64,000 nucleotides of DNA, taken from the sequence record PQ338057.1. The stretch is one strand, 5' to 3'. Both the position numbers and the translations under genes were made by a program. This DNA comes from a phage. The first letter of the stretch is position 1; each line of letters begins with the position of its first letter. The notes beneath the pieces are model-generated. The model saw only the letters and a list, made by a program, of their open reading frames with translations. It was not told the origin of the DNA and made no database searches. Shown here piece after piece: positions 45,910 to 54,331 of this stretch.

Positions 45910-46354
45910 GTTTCACCGTCCACATTTCTTCAGGTTCATCGGGTTCTGCTACAGCTTCAACGCTCGACACACTGCCGTCAGTGCTGACCAGCACACGTTC
46001 CGTCAGATGCAGGTTAAGGCTGATATCACAGACATCGTTGCGCAGAATATCCACCTCAAAGGTAAATAGTTTTTCCCGTAACGCCGGGTTATTGATGGCA
46101 TCGGGCTGGTTATCCCGCAGCCACAGCAAAACCGGGGCCATCAGCAGATTCTGGTCGCCGCTGAAATCCTCAATCACCGCGTTCAGGGTGTAACGGTACT
46201 CCCACGACATGGAGCTGGCCCCCGTGGCAACCAGCGAACCGTTATCCACAAACAGATGCAGTTTGTCCGGGTTATTGCGGACATAAGGCACCGCTTTATT
46301 GAGGGCGTGGCGCAGGGATTGTGGTTTGTTCACTGTTTCGCTCCTGACACGCAA
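45902..46354 (-). CDS. Tail completion protein (P2 gpR-like)
   Basis: 150 aa, position after the lysB/lysC pair. Confidence 0.55.
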   Translation of the reverse strand: MRVRSETVNKPQSLRHALNKAVPYVRNNPDKLHLFVDNGSLVATGASSMSWEYRYTLNAVIEDFSGDQNLLMAPVLLWLRDNQPDAINNPALREKLFTFEVDILRNDVCDISLNLHLTERVLVSTDGSVSSVEAVAEPDEPEEMWTVKRG

Positions 46355-46586
46355 TAATCATGTCCACTTTGTCTGCACAGACCGCCCAGGCGGCCTCCGT
46401 TTCATCCAGCAACGCGTTCAGATCACCGTTAGTGCGCGGCGTTGCCTGATCCAGCCGACACGGCGTCACTCGCGGACAACCACTGACGGTAAGCTGTACC
46501 TCCGGTGAGTGCCGGACGTTCCCGCAGCCGGATAATGTCAGCAGGCAAAGGAGTATCAGCCCAGCGGCGTAAATCCTCGTTCTCAC
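46296..46586 (-). CDS. Outer-membrane lipoprotein o-spanin (LysC/Rz1-like)
   Basis: 96 aa; lipobox LLTLSGC; embedded in a different frame across the lysB 3' region. Confidence 0.6.
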   Translation of the reverse strand: MRTRIYAAGLILLCLLTLSGCGNVRHSPEVQLTVSGCPRVTPCRLDQATPRTNGDLNALLDETEAAWAVCADKVDMIIACQERNSEQTTIPAPRPQ

Positions 46587-46857
46587 GTTTCAGTTCCTCG
46601 ATCCGGTGTTGTCGTTGTCTCAGCAGTGCACTGGTCTGTTCTGCTTCGGCATAGAGCCGCGCCTGCTCCCGGTTATTGGTTTCAGTCAGAATGGACAGGC
46701 TGATAAGCTGGCTGTTTTTCTTCGTCAGTTCCTGCGCTTTACTTTTCAGCGCCGCGCGCTGCGTTTCGATGGTGTGGCTGGCGCTGTTAAGCCGCCACGA
46801 CTGCCAGCCCAGCGCAACGAGTGCCAGCGCCACCACTACTGCCAGCGCACGCGTCAT
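46429..46857 (-). CDS. i-spanin (LysB/Rz-like)
   Basis: 142 aa; N-terminal TM then coiled-coil-rich periplasmic region. Confidence 0.65.
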   Translation of the reverse strand: MTRALAVVVALALVALGWQSWRLNSASHTIETQRAALKSKAQELTKKNSQLISLSILTETNNREQARLYAEAEQTSALLRQRQHRIEELKRENEDLRRWADTPLPADIIRLRERPALTGGTAYRQWLSASDAVSAGSGNAAH

Positions 46858-46993
46858 AGTCCAGCTCCTTTAAGGCACCAGGCCATCTCCCGCGCACGGC
46901 GGTTATCCAGCCCCTGATTAAACACACCTTTTACATAAACCCAGCGCGGCAACTGTCGGCACGCATCTGCCCAGCGCCGCTGATTGAGCAATT

Positions 46994-47746
46994 TCACCAG
47001 TGTGGAACTACAGGCATTGCCCGTTGCTGCTTCTGCAGAGCAGACTCCAGTTCAGACAGGCGTTCTTCCTGCTCAGACAGAGATTTTTCGGTTCGCGCGC
47101 TCAGGTTTTGCTGCTCAGTGGCGACCAGCTCCACGGCCTTATGCACATCAGAGAACCGGGCGTCATCGGACTGCTCTTTTTTGGTGAACAGCGCCGTGAC
47201 GCGGGAAAACAGGGACGGTTTGTCGTCCTGGACTTCCTCCAGTTCGATCACCGTTTCCTCTGCAGCGGTAAAGAGATTGGCAGGATTCTGCTTGCGGTTT
47301 GCCAGCGGGTTATGGGCTGCACTGGCGCTGAATGTCAGCATTTCAGTGCCCAGACTGGCAGGGTCATCAGTGGCAGCCAGGCCGACCAGGTAGGCTTTGC
47401 CCGTATCAGCGAACTTCGGGCTGACTTCCATAGAGGTGAATAATTTCTGGCCTTTTTTCACCAGTTCCACCAGGGACTCCGTTGGCTCAACGTCGGCATA
47501 CAGCGCCATCTTGCCTGCCAGCGGACCTTCCGTGATTTCCTCAGCAAACAGCGCCGTCACCTTGCCGTAGCGGTTAAAGGTGCTGTCCGGCAGATAAGAC
47601 TTGATGTGCTCAAGGTTAATCAGCGCGGTATACACCGCCGGGTTGTAGCTGGCTGCCATCTGTTCCAGCCATTCACGCTGGATTTCGCGTCCGTCGGTGG
47701 TGGCACCTTCCACCCCGATGCGAAAACGCTTTGCTTTCACTGTCAT
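46994..47746 (-). pseudogene. Capsid scaffold protein (P2 gpO-like), C-terminally truncated
   Basis: 250 aa, resembles P2 gpO; divergent from P; the downstream N-M-L-X-Y-K-lysA block is missing. Confidence 0.7.
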
Positions 47747-47824
47747 GAGCCGTGCTCCGTTAAAAAAAACTTACTGGAGCCTTATGGTTGCGGTGATGGG
47801 GGTAGTGAAACAATGCGCGGTATT

Positions 47825-47842
47825 TGTACCGACAACCACACA
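47825..47842 (+). promoter_or_regulatory. Putative Ogr-box in the divergent P/O late promoter region
   Basis: tgt-accgacaaccac-aca (TGT-N12-ACA) about 50 bp upstream of the P start. Confidence 0.4.
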
Positions 47843-47888
47843 AACCGCAGGCGGGGAAAGCCTTCATTCAAGGCTGTAGGTTTGTGCC

Positions 47889-49655
47889 ATGAACACCACA
47901 CTGACACCCGCAGATCTCGATCCCCGTCGGCAGGCCATGCTGCTGTACTTTCAGGGATACCGCGTAGCCCGCATTGCTGAAATGCTGGGCGAGAAAGTTG
48001 CAACCGTTCACAGCTGGAAAAAACGCGACAAGTGGGGTGACTATGGGCCGCTGGATCAGATGCAGCTCACCACCGCCGCACGCTACTGCCAGCTCATTAT
48101 GAAGGAGCACAAAGAAGGGAAAGATTTCAAAGAGATTGACCTGCTGGCGCGCCAGTCGGAGCGCCATGCGCGGATCGGCAAGTTTAACAATGGCGGCAAC
48201 GAAGCCGACTTAAACCCTAACGTCGCCAACCGCAACAAAGGCCCGCGTCGTCAGCCGGAAAAGAACGTTTTCACCGATGAACAGATTGAGAAGCTGGAAG
48301 AAATCTTCCATTCCTCCATGTTCAACTACCAGCGCCACTGGTGGGAAGCCGGAAAAACCAACCGCATCCGCAACCTGCTGAAGTCACGCCAGATCGGCGC
48401 GACCTTCTATTTTGCCCGTGAAGCCCTGATTGACGCCCTGCTAACCGGGCGTAACCAGATTTTCCTTTCCGCCAGCAAGGCACAGGCCCACGTCTTTAAG
48501 CAGTACATCATCGACTTCGCCAAAGAAGTGGAGGTGGAGCTGAAAGGCGATCCGATAGTGCTTCCTAACGGGGCCACGCTGTACTTCCTCGGCACCAATG
48601 CCCGCACGGCCCAGAGTTACCACGGCAACCTGTATCTGGATGAATATTTCTGGATACCGAAATTCCAAGAGCTGCGCAAAGTGGCTTCCGGTATGGCTAT
48701 TCACAAAAAATGGCGACAAACCTATTTTTCCACGCCATCCAGCCTGACACACAGTGCTTATCCGTTCTGGTCCGGTGCGCTGTTCAACCGTGGGCGCAAC
48801 AAAGCCGACAAGGTGGACATCGACCTGTCCCACAGCAATCTGGCCCCCGGCCTGCTGTGCACAGACGGGCAATACCGCCAGATAGTCACCGTGGAAGATG
48901 CGGTGCGCGGCGGCTGTAACCTGTTCGACCTCGACCAGCTACGCATGGAGTACAGCCCGGACGAATACCAGAACCTGCTGATGTGCGAGTTCGTGGACGA
49001 TCTCGCGTCCGTGTTCCCGCTCAGCGAGCTGCAAGCGTGCATGGTGGACAGTTGGGAAATCTGGACCGACTTTCATGCACTGGCCCTGCGCCCGTTTGGC
49101 TGGCGCGAAGTGTGGATCGGTTATGACCCGGCAAAAGGTACGCAGAACGGCGACAGTGCCGGATGCGTGGTGGTGGCACCGCCAGCCGTGCCGGGTGGTA
49201 AGTTCCGCATTCTTGAGCGTCACCAGTGGCGCGGGATGGACTTCCGCGCCCAGGCTGACGCCATCAAAAAACTGACCGAGCAGTACAACGTGACCTACAT
49301 CGGCATCGACTCGACAGGTGTCGGCCACGGGGTTTACGAGAACGTGAAAGCGTTTTTTCCAGCCGTCCGGGAGTTTGTCTACAACCCCAACGTTAAAAAC
49401 GCCCTGGTACTCAAGGCCTACGACATTATCAGTCACCGTCGTCTGGAGTTTGACGCCGGACACACCGACATAGCGCAGTCATTTATGGCAATCCGTCGCG
49501 CCACCACCGCCAGCGGCAACCGCCCAACCTATGAAGCCAGCCGCAGCGAAGAAGCCAGCCATGCCGATCTGGCCTGGGCAACAATGCACGCACTGTTTAA
49601 CGAACCGCTGCAGGGCGAGTCCGCCAATACCAGCAATATTGTGGAGATTTTTTGA
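47889..49655 (+). CDS. Terminase large (ATPase) subunit, P2 gpP-like
   Basis: 588 aa. Confidence 0.9.
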   Translation: MNTTLTPADLDPRRQAMLLYFQGYRVARIAEMLGEKVATVHSWKKRDKWGDYGPLDQMQLTTAARYCQLIMKEHKEGKDFKEIDLLARQSERHARIGKFNNGGNEADLNPNVANRNKGPRRQPEKNVFTDEQIEKLEEIFHSSMFNYQRHWWEAGKTNRIRNLLKSRQIGATFYFAREALIDALLTGRNQIFLSASKAQAHVFKQYIIDFAKEVEVELKGDPIVLPNGATLYFLGTNARTAQSYHGNLYLDEYFWIPKFQELRKVASGMAIHKKWRQTYFSTPSSLTHSAYPFWSGALFNRGRNKADKVDIDLSHSNLAPGLLCTDGQYRQIVTVEDAVRGGCNLFDLDQLRMEYSPDEYQNLLMCEFVDDLASVFPLSELQACMVDSWEIWTDFHALALRPFGWREVWIGYDPAKGTQNGDSAGCVVVAPPAVPGGKFRILERHQWRGMDFRAQADAIKKLTEQYNVTYIGIDSTGVGHGVYENVKAFFPAVREFVYNPNVKNALVLKAYDIISHRRLEFDAGHTDIAQSFMAIRRATTASGNRPTYEASRSEEASHADLAWATMHALFNEPLQGESANTSNIVEIF

Positions 49656-50680
49656 TGGGAAAGAGTAAGAAAAACCGCGCTGCGGCGACGAACCAGATCC
49701 AGCATAAAAACCAAACTTCAGCCGAAGCATTCAGCTTCGGTGATCCCGTTCCTGTTCTGGACCGCCGCGAATTACTGGACTATGTGGAATGCGTAAAGAT
49801 GGACCGCTGGTATGAGCCACCCGTAAGTTTTGACGGACTGGCGCGAACATTCCGCGCCGCCGTACACCACAGTTCACCGATTGCAGTAAAGTGCAACATT
49901 CTGACCAGCACCTACATCCCTCACCCGCTGCTCAGCCAGCAGGCGTTTTCACGTTTTGTGCAGGACTATCTGGTTTTTGGTAACGCCTACCTGGAGAAAC
50001 GCACGAACCGATTCGGTGAAGTTATCGCCCTTGAGCCTGCGCTGGCAAAATACACCCGACGCGGATTAGACCTAGATACCTACTGGTTTGTGCAATACGG
50101 CATGACCACGCAGCCGTATCAGTTCACGAAAGGCAGCATTTTTCATCTGATGGAACCGGACATCAACCAGGAGATCTACGGCCTGCCCGGCTATCTTTCT
50201 GCCATCCCATCCGCCCTGCTCAACGAGTCCGCCACGCTGTTCCGCCGAAAGTATTACATTAACGGTAGTCATGCAGGCTTCATCATGTACATGACCGATG
50301 CCGCGCAGAACCAGGAAGATGTGAACAACCTCCGCAATGCGATGAAAAGTGCCAAAGGCCCTGGCAACTTCCGCAACCTGTTTATGTACTCGCCTAATGG
50401 TAAAAAAGACGGACTTCAGATTATCCCGTTGTCAGAAGTCACAGCGAAGGATGAGTTTCTGAATATCAAGAACGTGAGCCGTGATGACATGATGGCGGCA
50501 CACCGCGTGCCGCCGCAAATGATGGGAATTATGCCTAATAATGTCGGGGGGTTTGGGGATGTGGAGAAGGCTAGCAAGGTATTCGTAAGAAACGAATTGA
50601 TGCCCCTGCAGAAACGATTGCAGGAACTAAATAACTGGTTGGACGAAGAAGTGCTCAATTTTTCAACCTATGAGCTTTAG
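49652..50680 (+). CDS. Portal protein, P2 gpQ-like
   Basis: 342 aa; overlaps P stop. Confidence 0.9.
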   Translation: MMGKSKKNRAAATNQIQHKNQTSAEAFSFGDPVPVLDRRELLDYVECVKMDRWYEPPVSFDGLARTFRAAVHHSSPIAVKCNILTSTYIPHPLLSQQAFSRFVQDYLVFGNAYLEKRTNRFGEVIALEPALAKYTRRGLDLDTYWFVQYGMTTQPYQFTKGSIFHLMEPDINQEIYGLPGYLSAIPSALLNESATLFRRKYYINGSHAGFIMYMTDAAQNQEDVNNLRNAMKSAKGPGNFRNLFMYSPNGKKDGLQIIPLSEVTAKDEFLNIKNVSRDDMMAAHRVPPQMMGIMPNNVGGFGDVEKASKVFVRNELMPLQKRLQELNNWLDEEVLNFSTYEL

Positions 50681-50688
50681 TTTTAAAA

Positions 50689-50716
50689 CGAAGACCATTA
50701 GGTCTTCGCTTTATTT
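50689..50716. terminator. Hairpin between convergent portal and retron RT genes
   Basis: cgaagacc-atta-ggtcttcg followed by ctttattt. Confidence 0.45.
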
Positions 50717-51660
50717 AAAGGGTTCTTTCCATATTTTTTTTCTAATTTGCTAATATAAGTTATTAATCTCCTATGGCTTTTTGAATCCACACTTAAAATA
50801 AATGACAACCATCCCCTAACGTGTTCTATCTCAGAAGACTTACCGCAAAATATATGATGTATCTTTGCTCTAATTTCTTTATATTTTTCTCTACCTATCC
50901 CAACTTTCTCTTGTGAAATAACTAAACCTGTAACTTTCCTCTGACTACGAGGCCCACTAATACAAGTTTTTTTTGAGTTAATAACCAATCCTTCACTTGG
51001 GATTATAGAAAATAAAAAATCACGTGCTTTAACAACCTTTTTCATAGACTGTGCAGATAAGGTGAGATCATCGGCATATCTCGTATATATCAAGCCCCGA
51101 CTACCTGCATAACCCTGAATACGATAATCAAGTTTAGAACATATTAGATTAGCTAATTTAGGTGATGATGGAGCACCTTGTGGTAGCAGATTTTTATAAC
51201 AACATATTTTTGTCAAAACTGAAGATATTAGTCGATTATAACCAAGAGAATGGAACACTCCAAAAACTTTGTTAGCAGTTAAACTTGGGAAAAAATCCTC
51301 CAAATCAATATTCAGTATAAAGTTTGCCCCAATATGCGGGGTAGCATTATTCAAAATAGATTGGTGCTTTTCAAATCCAATAGAAAAAGGAGATGACGAC
51401 AGTTTATCTAAAATGTTACGTAGAACCCATCCTTGTAAGGCTTTAAGTTCTCGAGAAGGTTGGTAAATGGTTCTCATTCTCTTCTCTGGGCCTTTCTTTT
51501 CTACAGTGTAGATCCTATAGCGAAAATCAGCTGTATAGATTAACAACCGAAGTGTTTCAACAGATATGCGAGTCGCCTTAGACATGTCATGCAAATTGTT
51601 CATGACAGGTAGGCCGAGATTTCTCAATCTAAAAGTGTTCAAATATTCAGCGGATTTCAT
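50698..51660 (-). CDS. ret: Retron-type reverse transcriptase
   Basis: 320 aa; motifs NATPH (NAxxH), YADD, VTG; AT-rich; ncRNA immediately upstream; from memory matches the Ec86/Eco1 RT. Confidence 0.95.
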   Translation of the reverse strand: MKSAEYLNTFRLRNLGLPVMNNLHDMSKATRISVETLRLLIYTADFRYRIYTVEKKGPEKRMRTIYQPSRELKALQGWVLRNILDKLSSSPFSIGFEKHQSILNNATPHIGANFILNIDLEDFFPSLTANKVFGVFHSLGYNRLISSVLTKICCYKNLLPQGAPSSPKLANLICSKLDYRIQGYAGSRGLIYTRYADDLTLSAQSMKKVVKARDFLFSIIPSEGLVINSKKTCISGPRSQRKVTGLVISQEKVGIGREKYKEIRAKIHHIFCGKSSEIEHVRGWLSFILSVDSKSHRRLITYISKLEKKYGKNPLNKAKT

Positions 51661-51666
51661 GAAAGT

Positions 51667-51836
51667 TGCGCACCCTTACGTCAGAAAAAACGGGTTTCCT
51701 GGTTGGCTCGGAGAGCATCAGGCGATGCTCTCCGTTCCAACAAGGAAAACAGACAGTAACTCAGATTCAATGCAGGATGCCGAAACAACATCCAGAGGTT
51801 GACCTTAATGATAAACCTCTCGCTAAGGGTGCGCAT
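51667..51836 (-). ncRNA. msr-msd: Retron msr-msd non-coding RNA
   Basis: 12-nt terminal inverted repeats tgcgcaccctta (51667-51678) and taagggtgcgca (51824-51835); long internal hairpin; ends 7 nt before the RT start. Confidence 0.85.
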
Positions 51837-52746
51837 ACGGAATCTTATCATAGTTAAATGTTGATTTTCTACGGTTTTCAAAATTCATAATCTCAAGCCG
51901 CAATCGGTCAAGTGTCTTTCTATCAAAGACGCTCCTAACATAGCTAGCCCCCAAAGCAGTGACCTGATAACCATCAGTCATTTGAAGTATTTTTCGTTCA
52001 TTTATTAGACGAGAAACAACGGATCTAACAATAATTTTAGATAAAACATCATCTTGCTTTATCGCTTTAAAAGCTAGTTCACACAGTGTGCGGTAGTTGA
52101 CACTATCCAGTAAATAGATACAAGGCAATAGAAACCGCTCTGCGTATAATATATTTCCAATATCTTTTGATACTTTATTTTCTTTCCTAACCTTCTTAAT
52201 AGATGCCATTAATTTTTTATATAATCGTAATTTTCTGGCAACATCAATAGATGAATCACACATTTCTTTTAGTTCATTTGAACTACAACGCAAAACAGAT
52301 TTTGAATTAAACTTACGCAACAGGCGAACAGGACCATAGTTAATAAAGCTACGTTTTGATTTAAATTTTGCATCTTGAATGCAAATCAACTTTCTCCTTA
52401 AGTTTTCATTATTAGAGAACGCACCAAGCTCTGTGAAAGACCCCGGACTTTCAGGAAATAAAATTATTACATCGACAGCTTCAGCCAGAATATTTTCTAA
52501 ACTTAAAAGGCTATGCTGCCCTTGACCAGCCAAAAGATCATCAAATAGATCTTCTGGATAAAATATATCAACATCACTGAACTTTGCTAAAAATTGTGAT
52601 AATTGATGACGCCAAGATTGATGATTAGCAACGTCACCACCACATAGAAAAATGGTTATTTTAATATTAGCTCCTCGATAGAAGCCTTTCTTTGTGAGAT
52701 GTCCTATAAGCTGTTGTTGCTGCTCATCGGTAAATTTTTTATTCAT
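51823..52746 (-). CDS. Retron effector (predicted nucleoside-deoxyribosyltransferase-like N-glycosidase with C-terminal DNA-binding region)
   Basis: 307 aa, AT-rich; first gene of the retron operon with its 3' end overlapping the msr start; Rossmann-like N-terminus KITIFLCGG. Confidence 0.75.
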   Translation of the reverse strand: MNKKFTDEQQQQLIGHLTKKGFYRGANIKITIFLCGGDVANHQSWRHQLSQFLAKFSDVDIFYPEDLFDDLLAGQGQHSLLSLENILAEAVDVIILFPESPGSFTELGAFSNNENLRRKLICIQDAKFKSKRSFINYGPVRLLRKFNSKSVLRCSSNELKEMCDSSIDVARKLRLYKKLMASIKKVRKENKVSKDIGNILYAERFLLPCIYLLDSVNYRTLCELAFKAIKQDDVLSKIIVRSVVSRLINERKILQMTDGYQVTALGASYVRSVFDRKTLDRLRLEIMNFENRRKSTFNYDKIPYAHP

Positions 52747-52821
52747 AATCTCCCCGCTTTTTTTTCTACTTTATACATCAAGTTATGAATAGATCCAATC
52801 TCCATACCACATGGCGCGCGC

Positions 52822-52840
52822 TCGTATCCCCGCCACGCCT
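52822..52840. other. Possible cos (cohesive-end) remnant
   Basis: Reverse strand reads GGCGTGGCGGGGA, matching the first 13 nt of the 186/P2 19-nt cos as I recall it. Confidence 0.3.
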
Positions 52841-53218
52841 GCCCGCTTTATGCAGTGGTTTTCATGCACATGCATAACATGAGCAAAAGCCCGCCAGTTC
52901 TGGCGGATCTGAGCAAAGACGATCCTCAATCGATCATGCGATTTCATGCAGCATAGTCATGCACTGTCAAGGAAGTGAAAATCCGTATCTGAATGGCCAC
53001 TTGAAAAACGGATCATACGGGTTTACAAAGATGAATGTTCGCTGTGAACGGGAAGCGGAAGTTAACTTTCAGATAACATAATCCATATGCACGAGAACCT
53101 CTAAAATAGAATGGGACACCTAAGCGGGGTACTTACAACGATTCTTTCCATATTCACAGTTAACACTCTGTTTGGCGTATTTTTATTCAAATAGCAAACA
53201 CCAATAAAAGGAGTTTCC

Positions 53219-53554
53219 ATGAACAATATTCCCCCTATACCACAGTTAGGAATTTATGTCTCAAAAATCGATCCCACCCTACGTATCACTGTAACCGATG
53301 TTGATATTGTTGATGGTGAGGATGATTCTCCTGATGATGAATTGTTTTATTTAGTCCACTGGATCGAGGGGGAAGATGAAAGTGATATGACAGCAATGGG
53401 ATTTGAGCTAGACCCAGTAGAGTGGCAGGCTTTCGTTGAATCTGAGCAATTAGTGTTTGAGCGTGATCCGTACATGGATTCAATCCCCGAAAATTCAAAC
53501 TTGGCAAAGATTCGGGATTTTCTCATGAAGACTAAACAGAATGATCATTCGTAA
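53219..53554 (+). CDS. Small highly acidic protein of unknown function
   Basis: 111 aa; strong SD aaaaggag; D/E-rich runs DGEDDSPDDE and EGEDESD; accessory locus. Confidence 0.5.
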   Translation: MNNIPPIPQLGIYVSKIDPTLRITVTDVDIVDGEDDSPDDELFYLVHWIEGEDESDMTAMGFELDPVEWQAFVESEQLVFERDPYMDSIPENSNLAKIRDFLMKTKQNDHS

Positions 53555-53746
53555 GTGTAAGCATCCATCAGGAAAATGGTTTTGTAAGTGAATCATCAAC
53601 TTTTAGAGAGTCTCAGACACTCCCACTTCTGCTTCTGACACAAAGCGGACGATCACTTATCAAAATAACCGCCCACCTTACGCCTTATTTCACTCATTGC
53701 CCAAACTAGCCCCCATCAGAATGAATCCTCCTGGGGGCAACATTTC

Positions 53747-53981
53747 TTAATGCAGCCAGCTGTCGTCCTCCCACACCTTCTGCATAATTTTCATCACTTG
53801 TTTTCTTTCTTCATCCAGTTGCAGTCCGGTTAGTTCCACACCGTTAGAGCTACCTTTGCGAATGCGAATTACCGTTTTGGGATACAGGGGGCGCAGATTG
53901 CGGTAAAGCTCGGATTCAAGGGCGTCCAGGGTAGACTGGCTAATCTTCTGCTCTTTATCGATCATTATTTCAATGCGCATA
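53747..53981 (-). CDS. DinI-family protein (Tum C-terminal-domain-like)
   Basis: 78 aa from MRIEIMIDKE; DinI-like pattern ending WEDDSWL; SD gaggtgac; downstream of the SOS box. Confidence 0.7.
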
Positions 53982-53990
53982 AAAGTCACC

Positions 53991-54179
53991 TCAGCTGATG
54001 ACATCCATTGAGCGGTTGTATTCGTGGCTTCTGATTTTTGCCATGAGTTCATCAGTCAATTCAGAAACCCACTGCAGAGCCAGCCCCTTCTCTTCATCAC
54101 TACACTCACTAGCCGCTACAAGCTTAAGAAAAAAATCAATGCGCTGGAGCTTCAAAGACTCCAAAAAATAGTCCTGCAT
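53991..54179 (-). CDS. Small protein, first gene after the SOS box (Tum N-terminal-like?)
   Basis: 62-aa ORF; function unknown. Confidence 0.4.
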   Translation of the reverse strand: MQDYFLESLKLQRIDFFLKLVAASECSDEEKGLALQWVSELTDELMAKIRSHEYNRSMDVIS

Positions 54180-54221
54180 CTTTCCTCCTATGACACCAAA
54201 ACAATACTGTATACATAACCA

Positions 54222-54237
54222 CTGTTTATATTTACAG
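54222..54237. promoter_or_regulatory. LexA (SOS) box
   Basis: ctgtttatatttacag = CTGT-(AT-rich)8-ACAG consensus, about 45 bp upstream of the 54179 start. Confidence 0.6.
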
Positions 54238-54331
54238 TATATAATAATCTTACTGATGTAAAACGTTTTTTTACGTTCATCGGCCTGATATGCCTGGTAT
54301 TATTAAGAGCACGAATTGTCAACCCGCGTAA

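Noticed and set aside
53286-53507. 73-aa minus-strand ORF inside the acidic-protein gene
   Set aside because: Antisense to an ORF with a strong ribosome-binding site; no independent signal.
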